A stretch of 64,000 bases of DNA from an uncultured Phycisphaerales bacterium (lineage in GTDB: Bacteria; Planctomycetota; Phycisphaerae; Tepidisphaerales; Tepidisphaeraceae): assembly GCA_963755915.1 (NCBI GenBank), contig CAVWLP010000002.1:2752001-2816000 (forward strand), given 5' to 3'. The translations under genes and the position numbers were made by a program. The notes beneath the pieces were generated by a model, which had not been told where the DNA came from, ran no database searches, and saw nothing but the letters and a program-made list of their open reading frames with translations. The first letter of the stretch is position 1. Each line of letters opens with the position of its first letter. Shown in pieces: positions 25,230 to 35,011 of the stretch.

Positions 25230-25281
25230 ACTATACACAACATCTGGTATAGGTCAAAGAAAACTTTACTAAATGTTGGCT
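25230..25281 (-). promoter_or_regulatory. dcd-nrdJ promoter with tandem NrdR boxes
   Basis: ACACAACATCTGGTAT (25235-25250) and TTACTAAATGTTGGCT (25266-25281), starts 31 bp apart; TTGACC-N16-TATAGT overlaps box 1. Confidence 0.7.
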
Positions 25282-25454
25282 ATTCAAGTGCTCACTCACC
25301 TCTAACAAAAGGTTCGCCAATTGATTACGTTACAAAATTATTTTGGCGATGAAAACGAACACCCCAAGGCACCTCATGTTATCCACAGAACTTAATAACA
25401 GGCGGTGGAGAAGGTAGGATTTGGGGACCGGTGGGAATGGCTCCGATAACCTCG

Positions 25455-26063
25455 ATGCGAATTGGTTTTTTGACAGTTTTTGTGCTTGCCGCCGGCGCCG
25501 TCGCCTGGGCAGGGGGTCCGGCCACGCAGCCCGCGCCGGACCCCGCGGAGGTTTTTCGCACGTTTTTGATGGACATCGAAACGGGGAAGGGGGCGGCCGT
25601 GCCGGCGGTGTGCCAGGCGCAGGATCCTGATGCGCAGGCACTGGTCCGGGATTTTCAGGCGGTGGCGACATCCATGCAGGAATTGCGCGAGGCGGCCACG
25701 ATCAAATTCGGGCCGGATGCGGCGGAGGCGATCCTTCCCTCGCTGCCGACCGCGGGGGATATGGAGGATATCAACCAGACGATTACCGGGGACCATGCCC
25801 AGATCGAAGGGCCGGACGTGTGGCCGGTGCAGATGGTGCGGGTAGGGGGGCAGTGGAAGCTGGATGTCGACTGGCTTGTTCATAGCGATAATGTTGCCCC
25901 CAATGCGCACTGGTTTGGGGCGATGGCGGAGGCGATGCATAAGACGGCGGCGGATATCAATTCCGGCCGGCTGGGGACGGCTGATGCCGCCACGGAAGCG
26001 ATGACGGTGCGCGAGCAGGCGATTCCGGATACGGCTGCGACTCAACCCGCGACTGGACCGTGA
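25455..26063 (+). CDS. Secreted hypothetical protein (PATQP motifs)
   Basis: Signal peptide, GPATQPA and AATQPAT; stop 1 nt before the rsmA start. Confidence 0.7.
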   Translation: MRIGFLTVFVLAAGAVAWAGGPATQPAPDPAEVFRTFLMDIETGKGAAVPAVCQAQDPDAQALVRDFQAVATSMQELREAATIKFGPDAAEAILPSLPTAGDMEDINQTITGDHAQIEGPDVWPVQMVRVGGQWKLDVDWLVHSDNVAPNAHWFGAMAEAMHKTAADINSGRLGTADAATEAMTVREQAIPDTAATQPATGP

Positions 26064-26064
26064 C

Positions 26065-26940
26065 ATGGCCCAGACGAAGCACCAGATTCAGTCCATACTC
26101 GAAGAGGCGGGGGCCAAACCGCGACAGAAATTCGGGCAGAATTTCATGATCGACGGGAACCTGGTGCGCCTTGTCGCCCAAGCGGGGGAGATCAGTCCGG
26201 CCGATCTGGTGATCGAAGTCGGGCCGGGCACGGGAACGCTTACGCAGGAGCTTCTTGCGACCGGCGCCGAGGTTTTGGCGGTCGAGATCGATTCAGCCCT
26301 TGCCGAGGCTCTTCGAGGCCGGTTTTCGGGGGGAAAATTCGAGTTGATTCATGCGGATGCACTAGCGGGAAAACATGCCCTGAACGAGAGCTTTGGCCGA
26401 GCCATCGCCGCGGCTAAATCGGCCGGTAAAACGGTCCGCCTGGTCGCCAATCTTCCCTATAACATTGCCTCGCCGCTGGTGATTGAGCTTCTGATCGCGG
26501 GCGTGGACCTGCTGGCCTTCACCGTGCAGAAAGAGGTGGCGGATCGATTGCGGGCTGTTCCTAATACCTCCGAATATGGCACGCTTTCTATCGTTACGCA
26601 GCTTCTGGCACGTGTTGAAGTGCTGCGAACGCTTCCGCCGCAGGCGTTTTGGCCTATGCCGAGGATTGAATCGGCGCTGGTCAGGCTGAGGCGCGAGGAC
26701 CAGCTTGGGGACCGGGCCCACGATTTCGGCCGGTTTGTGCAGAAATTTTTCTCCGCCCGGCGAAAGACGATGAAAAAGGCAATGGAAATGGCGGGGATAG
26801 ATTGCCCAAGCGCGCTGGCGGCGATTGGAATTGATCCCAAGTCGCGGCCGGAACAGGTTACTCCGCAGGAATTTCTACAGCTTTTTGAAAAAGCCGGCCC
26901 CCACCCTCGCCCTCCCCCGGAGTACCAGGGGAGGGGATAA
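26065..26940 (+). CDS. rsmA: 16S rRNA adenine dimethyltransferase
   Basis: KFGQNFM, EVGPGTGTLT, AVEID, VANLPYNIAS, QKEVADRL, FWPMPRIESA, RRKT. Confidence 0.96.
   Translation: MAQTKHQIQSILEEAGAKPRQKFGQNFMIDGNLVRLVAQAGEISPADLVIEVGPGTGTLTQELLATGAEVLAVEIDSALAEALRGRFSGGKFELIHADALAGKHALNESFGRAIAAAKSAGKTVRLVANLPYNIASPLVIELLIAGVDLLAFTVQKEVADRLRAVPNTSEYGTLSIVTQLLARVEVLRTLPPQAFWPMPRIESALVRLRREDQLGDRAHDFGRFVQKFFSARRKTMKKAMEMAGIDCPSALAAIGIDPKSRPEQVTPQEFLQLFEKAGPHPRPPPEYQGRG
26896..26938 (+). repeat. REP-like palindrome (family A) within the rsmA 3' end
   Basis: GGCCCCCACCCTCGCCCTCCCCCGG-AGTA-CCAGGGGAGGGGA. Confidence 0.8.
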
Positions 26941-26952
26941 GAGCAATACGGA

Positions 26953-28575
26953 TCATTCGGTCGCTACGATGCAGACGGTGGCGGGCTTCACTTTTGTTAC
27001 CACGTCTTCGGTCGAAAGCCCCTCGCCGCTCTCGGGGCCTACGTCGACGCTCACGTTATTGCGGTGCAGAAATTCGCGGATATGGCCGGCGCTGATGCCG
27101 ATGCCGTAACTGTCATATTCGCCGGTGGTGATGCTTTTCATGCAGACGATCGCCATGACGTTGCCGAATTTATCGGCGATGGGGCCGCCGCTGTTGCCGG
27201 GGTTTACCTTGGCGTCGGTCAGGACGTCGGCGCCGTTGCCCTGGTCCTGGGAGGCGGATGAGACGACGCCGCGGGTGATTTTCATATCAGCCCCCAGCTC
27301 GTCGATCATGGGAAAGCCCATGACGACGCAATCGGCGCCCTCGGCCGGAGAATCTTCCGGGGCCAGGCGGACGACCGACACGTTGTGGCTGGGGTTGTTC
27401 AGTTGAATCAGGGCCAGATCATATTGATCGTCGATCGCGACCACGTGTGCCGACGCTTTGGTGCCATCGGGCATGAGGACCATGAGCGTCTTGCTGCCCT
27501 TGGCGACGTGGCGGTTGGTGAGAATCAGCCCGCTGGAAGATATGAAAAATCCGGTGCCGCTCCATCCGCCCTGGGCGAGTTCCGGGCCGGGTTGCTGGCC
27601 ATCATCCGGGCCGGGCGCGGCGGGTTTTTGCGGGTAGGGGGGTGGGAGCAGAATCAGGCGGTAATCGGAGGTTGGGCCGTTGATGTTGTACTGCTCTTCG
27701 AGCAGGTTGGCGGCTTCCAGGGTGGGCTTCATTTTCGGAAGGGTGCGTAAATCCGAGGGCTCGAGGGCGAGGGCAGTTACCAGGTTCTGGACCACGTCCT
27801 TGCTGTCGTGGATGCGGGCGGCGGAGAGGAATTCGTCGATGGCGACGTCGAAGCGGTTGCGGAAAAGGTTGGCGACGGCCAGATCGTTTTCCGCTTCGGG
27901 CGACTGGGGCTTGAGCCGGGTGGAGGCCGAAAAATATTGGGCGGCCTCATCGTAATCTTTCTGCCCCATCGAGACATATCCCAGGCAGAAATTGGTCATG
28001 AAGGAATTGGGATAGATGTTGACGCTCTGCTTGAGCTTGTCGATGGCCTGGAGGGTCTGGTTCTGATTGAGCATCTCGACGGCCTGGCGGGTGAGGTCCT
28101 CGGCCTGGGCGAGAATTTTTTTGCGATCGTCGCCACCCACCCACTTGCCGTTGATTCGTTCAGCGCCGTTGTCGGCCAGCTTCTGCCAGCGGGCGAGCTC
28201 GGATTTGGCGGTGTCGATGTCGGGGCTGTCGGGATATTTGTCGATGAATTCCTGCCAGATGGAGACGGCGGCCAGGGCAGACTCGGCCCCGTCGGCGCGG
28301 CCCCTGGCCATGCGAAATTCCTCGGAGGCGTCGCCGGCGTCGCCGGTCGAAGAGCCGCTATCGCCGGCGGATTCTTCGCTGTAGGACTGAACCTGCTCGT
28401 TGGGAACGATTTTGCTGGATCCATCGGACAGCTTGATCCAATACCCGTCGGAGGTTTTTATGACGGTTCCCTCGAGGGTGGTGCCGTCGTTGAGGACGAG
28501 CTTGGCGGCCCCGGCGGTCGAGACCATCAGCAGGATTAGCGCACAAATCCAACCAAGGAGAGATTTCAACGGCAT
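26953..28575 (-). CDS. Secreted TPR + trypsin-like serine protease
   Basis: Signal peptide, TPRs, SGTGF, TNRHVA (His), YDLAL (Asp), PGNSGG (Ser). Confidence 0.88.
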   Translation of the reverse strand: MPLKSLLGWICALILLMVSTAGAAKLVLNDGTTLEGTVIKTSDGYWIKLSDGSSKIVPNEQVQSYSEESAGDSGSSTGDAGDASEEFRMARGRADGAESALAAVSIWQEFIDKYPDSPDIDTAKSELARWQKLADNGAERINGKWVGGDDRKKILAQAEDLTRQAVEMLNQNQTLQAIDKLKQSVNIYPNSFMTNFCLGYVSMGQKDYDEAAQYFSASTRLKPQSPEAENDLAVANLFRNRFDVAIDEFLSAARIHDSKDVVQNLVTALALEPSDLRTLPKMKPTLEAANLLEEQYNINGPTSDYRLILLPPPYPQKPAAPGPDDGQQPGPELAQGGWSGTGFFISSSGLILTNRHVAKGSKTLMVLMPDGTKASAHVVAIDDQYDLALIQLNNPSHNVSVVRLAPEDSPAEGADCVVMGFPMIDELGADMKITRGVVSSASQDQGNGADVLTDAKVNPGNSGGPIADKFGNVMAIVCMKSITTGEYDSYGIGISAGHIREFLHRNNVSVDVGPESGEGLSTEDVVTKVKPATVCIVATE

Positions 28576-28591
28576 ACGCAATCCCACCATT

Positions 28592-29407
28592 CTATCCCTG
28601 TAGACCCATTTCATTATGCGCCTTGTCCCGGCGAATTGCACGAATTTCCTGGCGGCCGAGCACATACATTGCCATTTTCGGCCGTTTTCCCGTTACATGC
28701 TGAATATGCTCAGCCAGGAGATGGTTGACCGGATCGGTCTGGTGCCGGGTGAGGCGTGGCAGGCGGGCCGGGTTTGTGGCCTGAAGGCCGCGTAACATTC
28801 GCATCAGCCGCACGTCGACCGCCAGCCTCTGCGGGAACGTCCCCTGACAATTCCGGCAGACGACCCCGCCCTGGGGGGCGGCAAAATAGACCTCATCCCG
28901 ATCCCCAGTCCCGATCGGGCTGCGGCAATTTACGCAGTTTGCAAGCTCCGGCGTAAAACCCCCCTCGCGAAGCAATTCCAACTCGAATAATAGGAATGCC
29001 TCCTCGAGCCGATTGGTTCCCAGCTCTCCGGCGGTTCGGCGCAGCAGGTCGAAGACCTCTGGATGCGGATCGTGCTCTTCGAGCATCAACGAGGTCAGCT
29101 CGGCGGCGTAAATGGCGAGGTAAAGGCCGCGCAGATTTCGGCGAAGCTCAAGGTGGCCGTCGGACAGCTTCCAGTCGGTGAGGATGGCCAGTTCGCGGGC
29201 GCTGTCGCCGGAATAGACGCATTGGCCGAGGTCCAGAAGATCGATGCCGCCGTCAAAGCGGCTGGCGCCGGCCTTGGTGCGGCGATGGGCGCCCTTGGCG
29301 ATCACGCGCACGATGCCCTGGGTTCGCGTCAGGAGCGAAAGAATCTGGGACGTCTCGCTAAATTCTGTCTTGAAAAGGCAGATGGCGTCGTCGGAGACGA
29401 GGGGCAT
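28592..29407 (-). CDS. recO: DNA repair protein RecO
   Basis: FSETSQILSLLT..G..RVIAKGA, FELELL..GF.P, CVNC...GGVVCRNC. Confidence 0.9.
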   Translation of the reverse strand: MPLVSDDAICLFKTEFSETSQILSLLTRTQGIVRVIAKGAHRRTKAGASRFDGGIDLLDLGQCVYSGDSARELAILTDWKLSDGHLELRRNLRGLYLAIYAAELTSLMLEEHDPHPEVFDLLRRTAGELGTNRLEEAFLLFELELLREGGFTPELANCVNCRSPIGTGDRDEVYFAAPQGGVVCRNCQGTFPQRLAVDVRLMRMLRGLQATNPARLPRLTRHQTDPVNHLLAEHIQHVTGKRPKMAMYVLGRQEIRAIRRDKAHNEMGLQG

Positions 29408-29443
29408 GGTGGGATTATAGTCGAGAAGCGAAGGAGGGATTGG

Positions 29444-29562
29444 GAAGCCCGAAATCCGAAACCAGAATGGCGAACCAAGCCCGAATGACGAAATCCGAAT
29501 GATGGGCATTCGTCATTCGGACATTCTGGCTTGATTCGGAATTCTGGTTTCGGATTTCTGGT
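29444..29562. repeat. Heptamer IR element, empty (family B)
   Basis: GAAATCCGAAACCAGAATGGCGAACCAAGCCCGAATGACGAA...TTCGTCATTCGG...TTGATTCGGAATTCTGGTTTCGGATTTCTGG. Confidence 0.85.
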
Positions 29563-30333
29563 TTAATCGTGCCTGATATGATGATTGGCATAGGCTAGGG
29601 CAACTCCGTATAGCCCAAGGTCTGGGGAGATGGCGTGAATCAGCTCCCAGCCGTCAAACAGGCGGGCCGCGTCTCCGCCGGTGGCAACGATCTCCGGCCA
29701 CTGGCCCAACTCGGCGGCAAAGTTTTCCGCGACCTCTTTTACCAGGCCGCGGATGGCGTAATAAATTCCTTGCGACACGGCGGCATCGGTCGAATCGCCG
29801 ATGGCACCTTTTGGGACGGAAAAGGTGGCCTTGCCGACGCCCGCCGTTCCCCGCGCCAGGGCGTCGATCATCATCTCCACGCCGGGCAAGATCGCTCCGC
29901 CGACGAAATCGCCGTTGTCGTTGCAGCAATCGACCGTCACGGCGGTTCCGGCGTCGACAACGATGCAGGCCTTGCCAATCTGTTCGTAGGCCGCGGCGAT
30001 GTTGAGGACCCGGTCGACGCCCGTCTGCTGCGGATTCTGCGTGGATACCTCGATGGGAAGCTCGAGGTCGGAGCCAACCCATTGCACGGATTGGCCGGCG
30101 ATCTGTTCGATCAACTCGTCGACAAGTGGATTTAATTTTGGATTAACGCTTGCCGCCGCCGCGGCCCGGCCATCGTTGGAGGAGATCTCGTTCCACGCCT
30201 CGCGGAGGATGCGCTCGCACTGGCTGCGGTCGCCGAGCGGGGAACGGGCGACGCTTCGCAGTTCGCCCGCGGCGAACGCACCCGCGGACAGGCGCGAATT
30301 GCCGACGGTTAAGGCCAGCAGATTGATGTCCAT
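29563..30333 (-). CDS. coaX: Type III pantothenate kinase
   Basis: VGNSR, ASVNP, GVDR, VDAGTAVTVD, GGAILPG, ATGGDA. Confidence 0.92.
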   Translation of the reverse strand: MDINLLALTVGNSRLSAGAFAAGELRSVARSPLGDRSQCERILREAWNEISSNDGRAAAAASVNPKLNPLVDELIEQIAGQSVQWVGSDLELPIEVSTQNPQQTGVDRVLNIAAAYEQIGKACIVVDAGTAVTVDCCNDNGDFVGGAILPGVEMMIDALARGTAGVGKATFSVPKGAIGDSTDAAVSQGIYYAIRGLVKEVAENFAAELGQWPEIVATGGDAARLFDGWELIHAISPDLGLYGVALAYANHHIRHD

Positions 30334-33053
30334 CAAAAGAGGAGTTTATTCTCCGCTTCGACGATGTCCAACAACTCCACTTCCGCGCTCGCCGAAGAGG
30401 CGCTGTCGCTAAACACAGGCGAGACCGACTCCTTGGAGCCATAGGTGGCGGCGGCCATGCTGCGCGAAAGAGCCGGCTGGGTAAGCTCCAGCGCAAACAG
30501 GTTGTTGTCGGCATTGATCACGCTTTGGCTGAGGGCCGTGTCAGGAGGCCCTTGAGAGGCATAGAGCTGCGAGTTGCGCAGTTCCTGGAAAAGGATCGCC
30601 TCCTGGCTCAGCGGCGATCCGTTGATCGTCCGCCCCTCGGTAATCTGGATCGGAACTTCGGCAAAGGGAGCCGTCGTCACGGCGGGCATTGTGCCGAAAC
30701 GGATTTCAAGAACGTACGTTCCCGGAAGAGTCGCTCCAATACCGGTGAATCTCGCCACGCCATTCACCATGGTGGCCGTCGTTTGTCCGGTCAGAATACC
30801 GCCCGGAGGCCCCGTCAAAATGGTGGCGACCACGTTGGGGCCATTGGTGATATAGGAGAAGTCGTTGAACTGATCCTCGGCGTTCAAAACAATCGAGCTT
30901 TCCATAGCGCTGTATTGCCAGAACGAAGTGGGTTGAGCCGCGAACACGAGGTGAGTGCCAATGCCGGCCGTGATATTGAAGGCATTGGAATAAGCCGGAT
31001 TGACGCTCGTGGAGGTGGCGAGGAACTCGTAAGTTCCCTCCTGATCGATGGAGAGGTTTGCAAAGACGGCGGAGCCATCCACTGCGTTGACAGTGGTTGT
31101 TCCGATCAACGTGCCGGCTTCGAGAATCTGGATCGTTACCGCTCCGTTGAAGGATTGGTCGACCGCGTCGGTGGTTGGCGAGAACGCCGTCACTACAAGC
31201 TCCGGTAATCCGTTGGAGTCGATCGGCTGACCGATCTGGGTGTTCGACGGCTGCTGGGTGAAGTAGAGCGAGTCGAGGGTATCGGAATAAATGGTTACGG
31301 GATTTCCGATCAAATTTCCGTCAGCCGCGGCTTCAGGATACAGGTTTGCACTGATAGGCCCGCCAACCATGTCCTGAATGAAGCCGCCCCGAGGCGAGGC
31401 GCCGTTCTCCTCGTCTGGGAAGCCCCATCCGGTATTGCCGTCCGAGGCGGAGGGGGTCAGGGTGATGTTGGGGACGGGGGTGCCGCCGGTAGGCGCTGTG
31501 GTGGTGTCAACGGTGGTGTTGCTTATGGTTACGGAATTGGTGGTATGGCCCCAAAGCGGGAAGCTGGTATCTGTTGTGTAGCCCGGATCTCCGGGAGCTC
31601 CTACGAAATCTTCCCAGGTCGCGATGTCATTTTCCGCCAGACCGAGAATTCCAAATCCGGTTTCCGGACCATCAAGCACGGTCACGATTGGTGAGCCGGA
31701 TGGCGGTGTGAAGATTTGGAGGTACGGCCCGGTATCGCCGGGGGTCGTTGTGCCGCGATTGTCGTAGGGCGTTTCTCCCAGGGATTGCGCTGTGGTCATT
31801 GAACCGTAGCCGCGGAGATTTAGTCCCTGGTCGACGATACCGATGATGCCTGCCCAGATGGGGCAGGCGAGGCTGGTGCCGCCGACAACCTGCCATCCGC
31901 CACCGACGACGTCCTGAGCAGGAGTCAGGATATGGGAGTAGGTGTCGTAGATCCAGACGCCGGTTTCTGGATCCGCGTCGGCGCCGATAATTGGATTGTT
32001 GAATTCGGGTGCGGTGGTGGAGGGTCCGCCGCCGCTTCCGGGCCACGCACCCTCATTGTCGAGTTCTCCATCGAGATTGACGGTCGTGCTAAATCCGCCG
32101 ACGGAGAGTACATCGGCTGACGCCGCGGGGATTTCATCTATGCCAGTGTCGCCGGAGGACGCGAGGAAAGTCACGCCGCCCGTCAGCCCATCGCTATCCG
32201 TATGCCCGGTTGGCGTTACATAATACCCGTTGAGGGTTGCCAGTTCGTTGGATGGGACGTAGGGCTGCTCATACCATTGTTCGAGAGGCTGTCCTTCTGC
32301 GTTATCGCCTGCCGACGCAGGATCCGAGATGAGTGATGTTGGATAGCCCCAACTATTGGAAACCGCGACAACTCCGGGTTGCTCGGAGGCGTACACGTCC
32401 GCTTTTATCAGGTCGGTGAGTGACTCCGAAGGGGCTTCAATGAGCAGGACATGGGCTCCCGGGGCAACCGCGTGCACCCATTCAACGTCCAGTGCTGTTT
32501 CGGTTGCCCACAAGTCCTGATCGTACTGCAATCCGCTAAGCCCAAATGTCTTGGCGGTATCCCCGTAAACTTGCTGGTAATACGCAGCGGGGTATGTTCC
32601 GCTGGTGGCTCCCAGTTGCTGAACACTCAGAAAGAAGTTTCCTTCGGCGTCGTAGTTACTTAAGCCGCCGCTGACCGTGCTCACACTTTCGCCGGGCACG
32701 ACATATGTTTCGGCATCAAATGTCTCCACATCCTTGACGATGTCCGGGTTTCCAAATGCATCGACAATTGCGATTGTCTCGCCGGCTCCGTCCGCCTTGG
32801 AAATGACGCCACCGATATCGAAGGAGAGCCCATTGAAGTCGTAAGCATCGTTCAATAGCTGGGGGTCGAGGCTGTTGGGAGTTCCAACCACACCTTGGAG
32901 CGGTGTCGGTTGACCCGGAAGCGGGGGGACTGGACTCGGGTTGGTTCCCGACAGCATTACCCGCCGTTCCAGGAGTTCCATTGTGGTTAAGCTGGCCGCG
33001 CGGGCAAACTGATACCGCCGCGCCAAACGCCGCATATTTCGTTTCCTCAGCAT
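30333..33053 (-). CDS. S53 (sedolisin/kumamolisin-like) peptidase with LEPR-XLL-type leader and C-terminal Ig-like repeats
   Basis: ELLERRVMLS, ETALDVEW (ExxxD), SNSWG, SSGD, GGTSL; two FxxQP...GxAxFxxL repeats. Confidence 0.82.
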   Translation of the reverse strand: MLRKRNMRRLARRYQFARAASLTTMELLERRVMLSGTNPSPVPPLPGQPTPLQGVVGTPNSLDPQLLNDAYDFNGLSFDIGGVISKADGAGETIAIVDAFGNPDIVKDVETFDAETYVVPGESVSTVSGGLSNYDAEGNFFLSVQQLGATSGTYPAAYYQQVYGDTAKTFGLSGLQYDQDLWATETALDVEWVHAVAPGAHVLLIEAPSESLTDLIKADVYASEQPGVVAVSNSWGYPTSLISDPASAGDNAEGQPLEQWYEQPYVPSNELATLNGYYVTPTGHTDSDGLTGGVTFLASSGDTGIDEIPAASADVLSVGGFSTTVNLDGELDNEGAWPGSGGGPSTTAPEFNNPIIGADADPETGVWIYDTYSHILTPAQDVVGGGWQVVGGTSLACPIWAGIIGIVDQGLNLRGYGSMTTAQSLGETPYDNRGTTTPGDTGPYLQIFTPPSGSPIVTVLDGPETGFGILGLAENDIATWEDFVGAPGDPGYTTDTSFPLWGHTTNSVTISNTTVDTTTAPTGGTPVPNITLTPSASDGNTGWGFPDEENGASPRGGFIQDMVGGPISANLYPEAAADGNLIGNPVTIYSDTLDSLYFTQQPSNTQIGQPIDSNGLPELVVTAFSPTTDAVDQSFNGAVTIQILEAGTLIGTTTVNAVDGSAVFANLSIDQEGTYEFLATSTSVNPAYSNAFNITAGIGTHLVFAAQPTSFWQYSAMESSIVLNAEDQFNDFSYITNGPNVVATILTGPPGGILTGQTTATMVNGVARFTGIGATLPGTYVLEIRFGTMPAVTTAPFAEVPIQITEGRTINGSPLSQEAILFQELRNSQLYASQGPPDTALSQSVINADNNLFALELTQPALSRSMAAATYGSKESVSPVFSDSASSASAEVELLDIVEAENKLLF

Positions 33054-33297
33054 CGAACACCTACTTCTGTAAAAAGCCCCAGTCTTATTTCAGATGGAAA
33101 TTTGCCCGAAAACCAATGGAAGGAATGACTTGGACTCCTCGGAGCACAAATGGCTTTTCGGCCGCACCTTTCCTCCGTCCAAGAACTACGAGTTTTCTGG
33201 CGAAGCGGATTATACCGGCCGGAGTTTATCACTGCCAATTAAATCCTTCTCAACCGTTGAGCAAACCTTAATTTGCAGCGAGCAAAAACCGCGAACC

Positions 33298-34692
33298 TCA
33301 AAACTTGTAATAAATGTCAACCGACGCGGTCGTCTGAGTATAATTAACGAAATCGAATACACGCTGGTTCGCCCAATCGAAGCGGATTTCTGGCCGCAGG
33401 ACCAGGCCGTCAAGATAGGGGCTATCCGGGAACGGGGTTACTTCGGTCCCGCAGGTCACTTCCCCGAAATCGACGTCGGTTCCGCCCAACCCGGTCGTAA
33501 ACCCTTTTCCGTCGTAGTAGAACTCCGCGCGTGTGGCGAGGGCCACATGCGGATCCAACTGATATTTCGCATAACCGGCGATGGAAGCCCACTGGCCGGC
33601 CTGCGCCGCCCCAGAGGCATTGGGAACCGCGCCCGGTGCGTCGCCGTATAGCGCATCAAGAGTCAGCGTAAACTGGTCGGCAACCTTCCAGTCCACGATA
33701 AACTCAGGCACAATCCACCAGTTGCTCTGATTGCGGGGCAGACCTACGTTGCCGGCCTCGGGGCCGAACAAAACATTGCCGGTTATATCGAATCCGGAGG
33801 TGCTGAACTTGGCCTGGAGGATGCCGTCAACGCTGCCATTGGCATCCCAGGTGGATTGATTCCACCCATCCGACACCCCGCCGGTAATGGCGAAATGGTC
33901 CGTATTTCCGACCTCGCCGAAGAAGTCGTATTTGCCAAAAACCCCGGTCATCGTGTACGGCTTGCCATAAGAAAACCCATAGCTGTGCGTGTAGAAAATA
34001 TTCTGGGTCGGGTCGATTTTTTCGTATCCCAGCAGTTGGACGAACTTCCCGGCTTCGAGCGTCAGGCCGGTTCCGATGGGAATGCCAAGCTGTCCATATG
34101 CCTGCAATACATCGAGCTGGTCTTCGTCACCGGTGCCGCCGTTTTTGTTGTGCTGGTCGAGGATGCCGTTGGAGTGGGTGTAGTAGAAGTCAGATCCATA
34201 GCCGGCTTCAATGAGAAATCCGAAATCCCACTGCCCCTTGGGCAGATTCACCATCTCCCGCGATACGGTAATGTCGGCCTGATTGAGCAGAACCGCATTT
34301 TTGTAAGGTCCGCCGAAATAGATGAAATTGCCCGGCGCGGTTCGGGCCGGCGTCCGATCGTCGGGAACCGACAGATCGTAAAGGTATCCGCCCTCAACGT
34401 GACCGTAAATATTGAAGCCCATGTCCTCCATGGGCTTACCGATTCCGATCGCCTCGAGGCTCTGCATCAGGGCGCCGTAGGTGGTGGTTGGCGCCGCCGC
34501 CTCCGGAGCTGCAGCCGGTGGGGGGGTTTCATTTCCAACTTGATCTGATGGCGCCGGTTGATCTCCGGTGCCGGATGGCGCCGGTTGATCTCCGGTGCCG
34601 GTGATGGTGTCATCCCCCAGAACCATTACCCCCGAGCAGGCAAACATCAATATCGCGAGGCCGACGAACCAAGTCCAAACCCTCATGTTCAC
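33298..34692 (-). CDS. Outer-membrane beta-barrel porin (BBP2/DUF1597-like)
   Basis: Signal peptide, LLNQA, QAY, AGKF..LLGYE, FYTHSY, RPEIRFD, terminal YYKF. Confidence 0.8.
   Translation of the reverse strand: MNMRVWTWFVGLAILMFACSGVMVLGDDTITGTGDQPAPSGTGDQPAPSDQVGNETPPPAAAPEAAAPTTTYGALMQSLEAIGIGKPMEDMGFNIYGHVEGGYLYDLSVPDDRTPARTAPGNFIYFGGPYKNAVLLNQADITVSREMVNLPKGQWDFGFLIEAGYGSDFYYTHSNGILDQHNKNGGTGDEDQLDVLQAYGQLGIPIGTGLTLEAGKFVQLLGYEKIDPTQNIFYTHSYGFSYGKPYTMTGVFGKYDFFGEVGNTDHFAITGGVSDGWNQSTWDANGSVDGILQAKFSTSGFDITGNVLFGPEAGNVGLPRNQSNWWIVPEFIVDWKVADQFTLTLDALYGDAPGAVPNASGAAQAGQWASIAGYAKYQLDPHVALATRAEFYYDGKGFTTGLGGTDVDFGEVTCGTEVTPFPDSPYLDGLVLRPEIRFDWANQRVFDFVNYTQTTASVDIYYKF
34547..34600. repeat. 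27-bp tandem duplication (GTGDQPAPS x2) in porin linker
   Basis: GATGGCGCCGGTTGATCTCCGGTGCCG twice, exact. Confidence 0.9.
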
Positions 34693-35011
34693 TCCGTCCC
34701 TCTTTAGGGTGGATACGAACTCACTGATCGACGGAGGTACAACGGTACCGCCGAACCCCGGTTTAGGTTACTGATCTGTTAACTAAATTCAACTTTAATG
34801 AGCGTCTATAACAGAGGAGTTGATCAATACTTCGGCAGAAAATGCGCTGCCGAAGCCCCGCAATCAGGCGTGCTGCCCCAAGCCCCGGAAAAATATGGAA
34901 GAACTTCCGATAACCCCCGTTTTTTTCCCGCCACCAGTCGTTGCCGCGCACCGTCCCACCCAACTGTCGTGGCGACGGTGCGCGGCGATCAAAGATGACT
35001 CCCTGACAAAA

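Noticed and set aside
25379-25387. DnaA box as oriC
   Set aside because: A single box with no cluster or dnaA context; treated as a possible regulatory site only.
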